DNA of 58,705 nucleotides, taken from the NCBI GenBank assembly GCA_964560525.1, contig CAZLLO010000005.1, forward strand, positions 1 through 58,705, read 5' to 3'. Under the pieces are notes generated by a model. That model was given only the letters and a program-made list of their open reading frames with translations, did not search any database and was not told where the DNA came from. Shown in pieces: positions 49,548-58,091 of the stretch. The translations under genes and the position numbers were made by a program. The stretch comes from an uncultured Candidatus Saccharibacteria bacterium. Its GTDB lineage: Bacteria; Patescibacteriota; Dojkabacteria; SC72. The first letter of the stretch is position 1; each line of letters starts with the position of its first letter.

Positions 49548-50150
49548 TTATGGTGCGGGGGTTGCGGATGGCGCAGGTGTATTCATGGGAAGACTACCTG
49601 GTTCATCGATGATCAATGGAGGTTGTGCGGGGGTTAATGTTGAAGAAGTGCTCACGCCGTAGTTGAAATACGCAAACCGAGAGAAAAATTCTTCTCGAGA
49701 AAGCTGACTATCAACGGCATAGCGGTCTTCACCCCAAACAAGCTTTCCATCAACTTCTTTCGCAATCGGATACGGCCACCAGATCACTTTTGTGTCCCAG
49801 AAGAAGTAGTAGTCAATACCATTGACACATTTCTTGTCGACACGGAAAAGTTCGTAATCTGTCGCGACGACCCAGTTTTCATCACATGGTAAGGAGTTCA
49901 GCCAAAGCTGTTCCTGTCCGCTGACGGTATTTGGGTCAGGCGTCGATATTGCCGCTGGAGTTGCTGAAGTGACGGTCGCAGAAGACGTAGGGGTAGGAAC
50001 ATAAGCTCCACCACGTGTTACGACATTGCTTTCCTTTTGAGAAGGCTGACCATCATTTCTCCAATCTGCCGACGCTGTGCTTGTTGCACACGCGCTTAGG
50101 AGCATAGCTCCTATTGCCAATACAATTACTACTACCAAAACCTTTTTCAT
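49548..50150 (-). CDS. Hypothetical lipoprotein with Pro/Thr-rich linkers
   Basis: MKK, hydrophobic stretch and LSA|C lipobox; PTPTSSAT and TPAPSATPAP; SD AGGAG; elevated GC. Confidence 0.8.
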   Translation of the reverse strand: MKKVLVVVIVLAIGAMLLSACATSTASADWRNDGQPSQKESNVVTRGGAYVPTPTSSATVTSATPAAISTPDPNTVSGQEQLWLNSLPCDENWVVATDYELFRVDKKCVNGIDYYFFWDTKVIWWPYPIAKEVDGKLVWGEDRYAVDSQLSREEFFSRFAYFNYGVSTSSTLTPAQPPLIIDEPGSLPMNTPAPSATPAP

Positions 50151-50210
50151 TTGTTTCTCCTTTGGGCTTCACCCTGAACAACTTGAACAATTTTTTTAGA
50201 AGCAATGCAG

Positions 50211-50262
50211 CTTCTCTTCATACCAATACCTGATATTAATCTGGTACTAATACGAAGAGAAG
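50211..50262. other. Long imperfect hairpin upstream of the lipoprotein gene
   Basis: CTTCTCTTC (50211-50219) / GAAGAGAAG (50254-50262) with an inner TACC/GGTA stem. Confidence 0.7.
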
Positions 50263-50527
50263 AGTATATACTTCCTGTTTTGGTTTACCATATATAACAT
50301 GTACATCTTTAATTACTTTAACATTCTAATATAGGTATAAATACCATATATATATAATAAGAATGAAGTAATATTTTAAAGAACATTACCTTTTCATATA
50401 GAAAAGATATTAGAAAGAATCAGCAGTATTCTCTCTGACATCATTTCTATGAATGGGATATGTTTCTTTGTTTAATTATTAAAGAGCAGTCTTTAACTTT
50501 GACACAATAATTATACGAAATACTGGC

Positions 50528-51181
50528 CTAGATGTCAATACTATGGGTCGCCTGGTTACCAATTATATGAAAAAGTTCCTTATGAGGAAATTGTGGCAAA
50601 CAATCATTCTCACTAAAAAGATATCTGAAATATTTCTCTGCTCTCCAGTTCCCAAAAGCTTCGTAATATACTTCAACTTCATTCCTATTTAAAATCTGTA
50701 GATATTTTTTCAAAAACTGTCCAAACTTAATCCTGTTCCATTGTTCTTCAGTTCTCGTTTCAGTAAACAATGGTTTCCACAATGCAGTATCCATTCTTTC
50801 ATCAAAATCCCTCAAAGAGTCTAAGTAACAAAACATTATATTAATAGCTGGCTTTTGAAAACCTTTTACATCCTTTATAATAACTGCACGATTAAGTTCT
50901 TCGTTTTTAAATAGGTAACTATTATCCCATGAGTCCAACATAATAGTAGTAGGGGAGCAGAAAAATTCTGGAACTTTTCTCTTAGGGATAATTTCTACCT
51001 CAAAATTATTATCATATAATAATTGCAGAACCTCATCATTAAAGATACCTGGATCAAGTTGATTTCTGCGCTCACCAATAGGAGGGAAAGCAGGTTTTGT
51101 TTCAATTGTTTCAGACATTAATTCTTGGGCTATCATAGGCCTATAATTATACACCTTGACAACGGAATAAGAAACTATCAA
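50528..51181 (-). CDS. Hypothetical protein; start uncertain
   Basis: 217-aa ORF with no recognised motif. Confidence 0.6.
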   Translation of the reverse strand: MIVSYSVVKVYNYRPMIAQELMSETIETKPAFPPIGERRNQLDPGIFNDEVLQLLYDNNFEVEIIPKRKVPEFFCSPTTIMLDSWDNSYLFKNEELNRAVIIKDVKGFQKPAINIMFCYLDSLRDFDERMDTALWKPLFTETRTEEQWNRIKFGQFLKKYLQILNRNEVEVYYEAFGNWRAEKYFRYLFSENDCLPQFPHKELFHIIGNQATHSIDI

Positions 51182-51220
51182 TATATATATATTATTGAAT
51201 AAATTATAACTGCTTTTAAA

Positions 51221-52357
51221 ATGGACACTCAGCCAGGATCTTCAAGTGAATTTAATGATGGAAGTACCAATCCTACATCTGCTCAAGAAATACAAACTTC
51301 TACATTAGTAGCCGCAAGAGATGGAGGTGATATGTTTACCAGTGATCCAGAGGTAACAGCCCCTATAGATCCGAGAGCAAGTGGAAAAGTCGAACTTCCA
51401 GAAGGTACTCCAGGTTTTATGGCTGGAATCAATACTGGTTTTAGAGAAGTAGCTGGTGTTACAACATTGGTAGAAAAACCAGATCAACCAACTTTCAGAA
51501 TGGATAAGGGATACGGAGCAGCAGTTGTAGGACAACAAGTTGAAGCGTCCGTTAGAGCATATGGTGCAGATGTTGCGCAACAGAGAATAGAAAAGATTGA
51601 CAATACTGTAGAAAAGATAACAAATGCAGTAGAAGCAGTTGGAACCTTCTTTAAGAAGGTTGAGAATCTTAAACTGAAAGCAAGAAATGCAGATGCAATA
51701 GTTACAGGTTGGGCCGCGAAGGTTGGAGCAAAGGTCCCAGCAGCCGCAGGAGAAGCTATAGGTGTTACTGCTGCTCTTGGTGGTGCTGTGGCAATCGCAC
51801 CAGTTGTAGTCCCAGCGATTGTTGGTTATGGTGCATGTGTACTTGGAAAGAAAGCTTTAATAGAGACATACAAAGCCGTAGGTAATGCAGCAAAATGGGT
51901 TGGAGAAAACGCTATAGTCGTTGGTAAAGCTGTTGGACATGTAATTGCAGAAACAGGGAAGGGAATTGCTAAAGGTGCAAAAGCAACAGCTAGAGAGCTA
52001 GAATATGGATATATCCCCAATGCCGTAGCAGTAAATGTAGTGAACGCTGCAGATAACGTATCTCATACAGTTCTTCTAGGTATTGCTAGTGGGCTTGAAA
52101 GAAAAGCAAGCCAAAACCAAAAAGAAGGTAAGCCTGGAGAAACCGCTTTAGCAGGTTTCTTTAGAGAAACATTTGTCAAAGAAGGTCTTCTTGCAGCAAA
52201 GAAAGATGCCATGAAAGCTAAATCAGAGTCTGTAGAAAGAAACAAAGATAGAAGAATGGCATTACAAAGGATTGGTAAATATGTATTAACTGGGAAATGG
52301 GTAGGGCCACAACAAGCTACAGCATTCTCACCAGCAACGGCTTATGATCTTCAGTAA
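51221..52357 (+). CDS. Hypothetical Ala/Gly-rich protein with an internal hydrophobic segment
   Basis: No signal peptide; AIGVTAALGGAVAIAPVVVPAIVGYGACVLG followed by amphipathic KAVG repeats. Confidence 0.8.
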   Translation: MDTQPGSSSEFNDGSTNPTSAQEIQTSTLVAARDGGDMFTSDPEVTAPIDPRASGKVELPEGTPGFMAGINTGFREVAGVTTLVEKPDQPTFRMDKGYGAAVVGQQVEASVRAYGADVAQQRIEKIDNTVEKITNAVEAVGTFFKKVENLKLKARNADAIVTGWAAKVGAKVPAAAGEAIGVTAALGGAVAIAPVVVPAIVGYGACVLGKKALIETYKAVGNAAKWVGENAIVVGKAVGHVIAETGKGIAKGAKATARELEYGYIPNAVAVNVVNAADNVSHTVLLGIASGLERKASQNQKEGKPGETALAGFFRETFVKEGLLAAKKDAMKAKSESVERNKDRRMALQRIGKYVLTGKWVGPQQATAFSPATAYDLQ

Positions 52358-52398
52358 TAGAATCTAATAACGATATCTTTAATTTAGTATAAATAAAA

Positions 52399-52800
52399 AT
52401 GAAAAAATCAGAATTATATCAAGAGTTAAGTGGGATTGTCTTAACAGACGTCACCAGGTTAGAGATAGACAATATTGTCGGAATGATTCCAGACAGTGAG
52501 GAAGTCCCAATAGAAAAGGTTCAGGCAGTCATGGAGATTATTAGCATTGAAGTAGCTGCAGAAGATACTAATATTCAGAATTTAGATAATGCAATAGCCC
52601 AAATAGACAAAGGAATTGCAGATATTGATACACTAGAGAAAACAGCAATTGCTGAAATGGAAGCACAGGGTATTCAAATAGACGAAAAAGGGAATCAGTT
52701 GGATGAAGAAATCCAAAACTTGCAACAGGCAGTAGATGAATCCACAAATGATTCTCAACCAGTAACACAACCTGTAGCTCAAGCTCCAGCAGTAGCGTAA
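52399..52800 (+). CDS. Acidic coiled-coil hypothetical protein
   Basis: Heptad pattern IQNLDNAIAQIDKGIADIDTLE. Confidence 0.75.
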   Translation: MKKSELYQELSGIVLTDVTRLEIDNIVGMIPDSEEVPIEKVQAVMEIISIEVAAEDTNIQNLDNAIAQIDKGIADIDTLEKTAIAEMEAQGIQIDEKGNQLDEEIQNLQQAVDESTNDSQPVTQPVAQAPAVA

Positions 52801-52937
52801 AATATTCAAAAATGTACTAATTTTTACCCTTTCTTTTTTGTGTTAGTTCAACCTTTTTAAAAGCACTTCACGATATTTGACAACTATATCCAATAAACTA
52901 TATATTTTAATATCATTTAATTAAACAATAGCCCCAA

Positions 52938-55900
52938 ATGGAAAGAGAAATTTTTGAATCCTCCGCATTAAAGACCGTAAGTGAGACACCAACATCGACA
53001 GATAGGTTGGAAGGAAGTTATCCAGTAGAGAAACTTTCTGCTGTACCAGATGCAGAATGGAAAGATAGGGTAACAGGCATACCAACAGAGGCTGTTGAAA
53101 CCGCAAAAGCACTATGTGATCCAAATGATACAAGCTTAAAGGACCTAATCACGGCGTTAGATCATAGAGAAAAAGATTTTAGAAACCATCCTACAGGCCC
53201 AATAGATATGGGACAAGTAAACAGTTATCTAGATACGGTATATGGCAAAGATACAACAGGAAATTCTTTAAAATCAGTAGTTGATACCCCCGCGCTTTCC
53301 ACAGCAGATTTTGAAAAAATGGTATCGGGAAGTACAGACCCTGCAATTAAACAAACAATCCTTAAAGATACAATCAAATTAGCATTAGCAACAGGTTCTC
53401 CAAGAGAAGTAAATTCTTTAATGAAGAGCTTAGAAACTGGCAAACTTTCACTGATAACCGCAGGAGGAAACCTTACAACTTCAGGGAAATTACTTTTAGA
53501 ATCCGCATTAGCCTTAAAAAGCAATGTATACACCACTAGCACAGGAATAAATGTTTCTCCTGTTTTAAAAACAGAGGTTAAAAACTTCATTGAAGCTCCA
53601 AAAGATCCTGCGAAGAAAACTGCTTTTGGAACATTCATGAGTGCGAAGCATTTAAATGCAACACCCGCTACGATTACAGCAACCGCAGGGGCAATTAAAA
53701 CAACAGAATGGGAAACAAAGGTTAAGAAAGGTAAAGATGATGCAGCAAAGACCCTTTTCAAGGGAATCTTTAATACAACATCAGGAGCATTAAAATCCAT
53801 GGCTCCAAGTATGAGAGGTATTGTTGCCAGAGAGCTTTCTTCGCTAAACAAAACACCTTTTGTGATGCTAGGCAAACAACTAAATGAAATATCAGAGATA
53901 GCAAAGATAGCAAGAGGAACAAAAGCTCTAAACGAAAAAGTAAAGGATATCGATTTGAGACTAAATAACGATGTTACAAAGAAAAACCTTGGAGAGCTAC
54001 AAGAAACCGTTGATGCAAATGTCTCGTTAGAGAATCCAAAGCACAAAGAAGTACTAGCAAGAAGATCAGTAGAAATTCTTAACCAAATTGCAAAAGACAA
54101 AGGCTTTGACTTAACCGCATTGAGAACTCCTTGGAACAAGACATGGGAAGAAGAATTTAGAAATGCAACAACAGCTATCAATACAGATGGGAACATAATG
54201 CCAGTTGCAGATTTACTAGGAAGAGTAGCAATCTTCAGTGAGAAGAAAGAATTAAGAGATCAAGCAGAAAAAGAACTAAAAACATTGTTAACTTCACTCT
54301 TACTCCATCAAGGTGCAAACAAAGAAGATGTACTCAAGAAAATTCAAGATACAGCACCAGGAAGCTACGGAACCGAAATGAAGAAACTCTTCACAGATAC
54401 CAATGCAGGAAACCTAGGTGCAAATCCAGAGAACACCTCAGTACAATTAGCAGCTTTAGTCTTTAGTAGATTAGAGAATATTGAATATTACAGGAAGATA
54501 AATAATAAGGCAGCAAATACAAGAACACCAGAAGAAGCAGCACAATTAGAATTCTTGATTAGCAGACTACATAATAGTGATGGAAGTGTATTTGATGTAA
54601 CCAAGACAGTAAATCCAGCACAATTCAACGAAAGACAACAAGAACAAATAGGAGATCAGTTCCAGAGAGAATTACAAGCAAATGCCATAGCAGAAGCATT
54701 AGGATTAAATGCAAACGATCCTAAGGTTGCAGAAATAATGGCTATGACAAAGCCAGGCGAGGTCATGGCAACAGAAAATAACAAATTCAATAGAATAAAT
54801 AATTCAGAAAATCTTAGAAAAGTTGGTATTGCAGGAATTGCAGCAGCAGGTGCAGTTATGGCATTTACACCAGGTTTAGCACCAATTGGAGCAGCAATAT
54901 TAATAGGAACAGGAATCGCGAAAATTGGTTTAGTCGTTAAAAACGTCATTGAAAGCTCAAAGAGAATTGGTTTTAAACAAACAATGAAGAACATGTGGAC
55001 TGGGTTTAAAGACAGTATTACATATCTCTTCGACAAAGAGCATACTGTTAAGGAAAAGCTTGTCTATGGAGCAGCATTCTTAGCTAGTGCAGGAAGAATG
55101 TTCTTGCCAGGAGTGGGAAGTGCCATATATTCAGTAGTTGAAGCAGGTGCAGCGTGGGGATCTGAGAAGCATTTAAGTGATCAGAGAAAACATGTTGCAG
55201 CAGAAATAGCAGGTATTAGATCTGTTATGGAAAACACAAATTATGCAACTACAAGCGGTAGAACTGTTAATGCAGTAAATGTATGGAACGAATACAAAAC
55301 AAGAAGAGCATCCCTCTTGGAAGAAAAGAGAGCAGAAGCTATTAGAACAGGACAGCCTACAAGACCTCTCGAGAGTTACTCAGACAAAGAAGTCCTTGCA
55401 GTTATAACAGAAAATAAATACAAAGCAGATCCAGATGCAAATAAAGAGAAAGATTTCTTGGAAGTTATGAACGTTGTAGTTACAAAGCAAGAGGCAGTAA
55501 AAGAAATGAATGAGAAATACAACAAGGCAGCTGGAATGTGGGGTGCGGTATTTGCAGGTTCAATGGTTGGTGCACTAGTAGGTGGAGCAGCAAGAATAAC
55601 AGTTGGAGCAATAAATGCACATCCAACACAAAACCCAACTGAAAATCCTGAAAACCCACAGAATCCAACAAATCCAGAAAATCCAACTAACCCAAATCCT
55701 ACCAATCCAAGTGGACCAACAGAACCAACTCAACCAGTTAACGAAGGTGGTGTACTTCTGAGGAATGGACGTGTTTACTTACCAGGTGATGCTATGGATG
55801 GTCAACCAGGATTCCCAGCTTCACAGACTACACTTGAGGGAGGTATTAACAACTACAACAACTATGACTATGGAGCATACGATATGGCCGCATGGAAATT

Positions 55901-56123
55901 AGATCAAGACTTAGTAGCAAATGGCATTACTAGACCTGAGTTAGACAAATTAGGCGATTTAGGGATCCATAGATTAGCTTACAACTATACTCAAGAGATA
56001 CTTGGAGGTAATCCAACTCCAGATCTAAGTGCTGAACTACAACAACTTGGTACCCCAGAAGCACTGTCATTGGCAGAAAAAGTTGCACCTGGAAATCTCA
56101 ATTTAGGTCAACCAGGACTATAA
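52938..56123 (+). CDS. Large hypothetical protein with three Gly/Ala-rich hydrophobic segments and an Asn-Pro linker
   Basis: 1061-aa ORF with no signal peptide. Confidence 0.85.
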   Translation: MEREIFESSALKTVSETPTSTDRLEGSYPVEKLSAVPDAEWKDRVTGIPTEAVETAKALCDPNDTSLKDLITALDHREKDFRNHPTGPIDMGQVNSYLDTVYGKDTTGNSLKSVVDTPALSTADFEKMVSGSTDPAIKQTILKDTIKLALATGSPREVNSLMKSLETGKLSLITAGGNLTTSGKLLLESALALKSNVYTTSTGINVSPVLKTEVKNFIEAPKDPAKKTAFGTFMSAKHLNATPATITATAGAIKTTEWETKVKKGKDDAAKTLFKGIFNTTSGALKSMAPSMRGIVARELSSLNKTPFVMLGKQLNEISEIAKIARGTKALNEKVKDIDLRLNNDVTKKNLGELQETVDANVSLENPKHKEVLARRSVEILNQIAKDKGFDLTALRTPWNKTWEEEFRNATTAINTDGNIMPVADLLGRVAIFSEKKELRDQAEKELKTLLTSLLLHQGANKEDVLKKIQDTAPGSYGTEMKKLFTDTNAGNLGANPENTSVQLAALVFSRLENIEYYRKINNKAANTRTPEEAAQLEFLISRLHNSDGSVFDVTKTVNPAQFNERQQEQIGDQFQRELQANAIAEALGLNANDPKVAEIMAMTKPGEVMATENNKFNRINNSENLRKVGIAGIAAAGAVMAFTPGLAPIGAAILIGTGIAKIGLVVKNVIESSKRIGFKQTMKNMWTGFKDSITYLFDKEHTVKEKLVYGAAFLASAGRMFLPGVGSAIYSVVEAGAAWGSEKHLSDQRKHVAAEIAGIRSVMENTNYATTSGRTVNAVNVWNEYKTRRASLLEEKRAEAIRTGQPTRPLESYSDKEVLAVITENKYKADPDANKEKDFLEVMNVVVTKQEAVKEMNEKYNKAAGMWGAVFAGSMVGALVGGAARITVGAINAHPTQNPTENPENPQNPTNPENPTNPNPTNPSGPTEPTQPVNEGGVLLRNGRVYLPGDAMDGQPGFPASQTTLEGGINNYNNYDYGAYDMAAWKLDQDLVANGITRPELDKLGDLGIHRLAYNYTQEILGGNPTPDLSAELQQLGTPEALSLAEKVAPGNLNLGQPGL
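55623..55736 (+). repeat. Low-complexity N-P-x repeat linker
   Basis: PTQNPTENPENPQNPTNPENPTNPNPTNPSGPTEPTQP. Confidence 0.85.
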
Positions 56124-56156
56124 TTAAATAATATAAATTAAGTAACAAACAAAACC

Positions 56157-56804
56157 ATGGCTGCCCAAGATACAATGGCCCAAATTAGTGAAGAGACATC
56201 GAAAGCTCTTAGTAAAGCAAGTTTCTCTACACAAACAGAAGATGCAATAAAAAATCTTTTGACAGTACTAGAGCAATCAGGTCTTTTTAGTGCAGAAGCT
56301 AAAGCAGAGTTGGAAAAGAGACTCTTCGAAGATTTCTACTTAGCATTAATGGCTGAACTATTCTCTAGCTTTACTGAAGAAAACAAAGAAAGTCTTGTAA
56401 ACGCTTCACAAACTGGTCTTACAGAAATGCAAATTCTAGAATTACAATTAGAACTATACAGAAAAAACAAAGGTTCTGATATTGAGATATTTGCACAAAA
56501 ACTCTACGATGAAATGGCAGAGAGAGTACTAAAAGATTTAGAGATTTTAAGACAATCCGTTTCTGATGTTGAGAAATTAACAGATGATCAGGTAAGGATA
56601 CTTGAAGGTATGATTGAAGAAAAAGTCCCAGAAGAAGAGCTTCTGCAAAAGATGCAAACATTTCAGGGTGTAAGTGCTATACCACAAGTTCCTAATGTGC
56701 CAACAGATGATGGTAAGTATACCGAGATTATATCCTTGGTTAAACAAGGAAAACTAGAAGAAGCTAGAGAAGAGTTAAACAAGACAATATACGGAGTTAA
56801 ATAG
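56157..56804 (+). CDS. Acidic helical hypothetical protein
   Basis: 215-aa E/L-rich ORF 33 nt after the 1061-aa gene. Confidence 0.75.
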   Translation: MAAQDTMAQISEETSKALSKASFSTQTEDAIKNLLTVLEQSGLFSAEAKAELEKRLFEDFYLALMAELFSSFTEENKESLVNASQTGLTEMQILELQLELYRKNKGSDIEIFAQKLYDEMAERVLKDLEILRQSVSDVEKLTDDQVRILEGMIEEKVPEEELLQKMQTFQGVSAIPQVPNVPTDDGKYTEIISLVKQGKLEEAREELNKTIYGVK

Positions 56805-56907
56805 CTTTCGAAGAAAAAAGTACAGGAATAAACATTAACCTCTTTCTACACTTATCTCTGAATCCTGAATGATTAAGTTACGTACAATTTAAATAAGGCT
56901 AATTATA

Positions 56908-58083
56908 ATGAGCGAATATAAAGATACCCACACAATGGTAGATGGTCTCGGTTTCCAAACTACTGACTTCAATTTGCCAACCAACCAGACTGATACAAAA
57001 AGAATTGCACCTGAAATTGAAGAACTAAAATTGGCATATCCAGATGCGTTTATTGATTCAAAAGATTCTCAAAACGATGGTAATATTCTGATTCTCAGAG
57101 ATATATATAACTTCCTTTCTGCACCGCAAATAAACGGCATCTCTTCTGAAGACATTCAAGTTATTAACAACAAATTAGATGAGGCCACGGATTATGACAA
57201 CACTCGAAACTTCTCTCTTGTGCAAGGTTTGAAAGAAGCTAGAAATTCATTTGTGCCTGGAGCTATAAGATTCGTGGGAAGTAATTTGTGCCATACAAAT
57301 GGATTAAGTTCCGACGTTACAATATTAGATTGGAAAAAGAAATTAGGAGCAAATGACCAGAAGAAAATAATACTATTACTCGAAGTAACTCAAATGGTAG
57401 GAGAATATATCAATGAGAAACGACCCGCTCACAAAGTTGCAAAAATACAACCTGAAAATATAACTCCCTTAACAATAATTCCTATCCCAAACAAGGCAGA
57501 ACTACAAACAAATACTCTTGAAATTAATTCCCCATCCCAAAATCAACCTCCATTTTTCAATCCAATTGAAGTAAACAATGCACCTCCTGTTCAAGAGATA
57601 ACAATACAAACACCAGATCAACTATCCACTGATCAAATACAAAGAAACCTTGAATATATAGAGAAGTTAGAAGCAAGGTATACACAAGCATTTGACAAAG
57701 ATGGCGAAATCCTCAAACTTCGTGCCGTTCAACCTTTCCTAAAAGAAAAACAACCTCATGGGATTATCCAAGAAGTATTTGATACTATACAAGCAAGAAT
57801 GCGATCTGTAACAAACCTCTTTCCATATGACAGAAATAACTACGTACCAGCAGATAACGAATCTTTCTTGAGAGACTGCTTAACGCCAGCAATATACGAA
57901 GCTACTGAAAGTGGATATATTACATTCTCAAAAATGGGATTACAATACCCTGCAAAAGATGGACACTCTATAACTATACCTATCGAGAAGATTGGCCCAC
58001 ATGACATGGTACGACTATCAGAATTACTCGAATTAACTCAGCTCATACATGTACAAGAAGAGAGACTTGGAATAAGGAGATAA
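56908..58083 (+). CDS. Hypothetical protein
   Basis: 391-aa ORF with an internal P/Q/N-rich linker. Confidence 0.75.
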   Translation: MSEYKDTHTMVDGLGFQTTDFNLPTNQTDTKRIAPEIEELKLAYPDAFIDSKDSQNDGNILILRDIYNFLSAPQINGISSEDIQVINNKLDEATDYDNTRNFSLVQGLKEARNSFVPGAIRFVGSNLCHTNGLSSDVTILDWKKKLGANDQKKIILLLEVTQMVGEYINEKRPAHKVAKIQPENITPLTIIPIPNKAELQTNTLEINSPSQNQPPFFNPIEVNNAPPVQEITIQTPDQLSTDQIQRNLEYIEKLEARYTQAFDKDGEILKLRAVQPFLKEKQPHGIIQEVFDTIQARMRSVTNLFPYDRNNYVPADNESFLRDCLTPAIYEATESGYITFSKMGLQYPAKDGHSITIPIEKIGPHDMVRLSELLELTQLIHVQEERLGIRR

Positions 58084-58091
58084 TAAAACTT

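Noticed and set aside
48460-50262. Canonical integron attC sites
   Set aside because: The hairpin ends lack the RYYYAAC...GTTRRRY boxes and the recombinase lacks IntI motifs; kept only as unclassified hairpins
48342-50527. Group I or group II intron around the lipoprotein genes
   Set aside because: No GUGYG 5' end, domain V or group I core motif was recognised, and no interrupted host gene is evident
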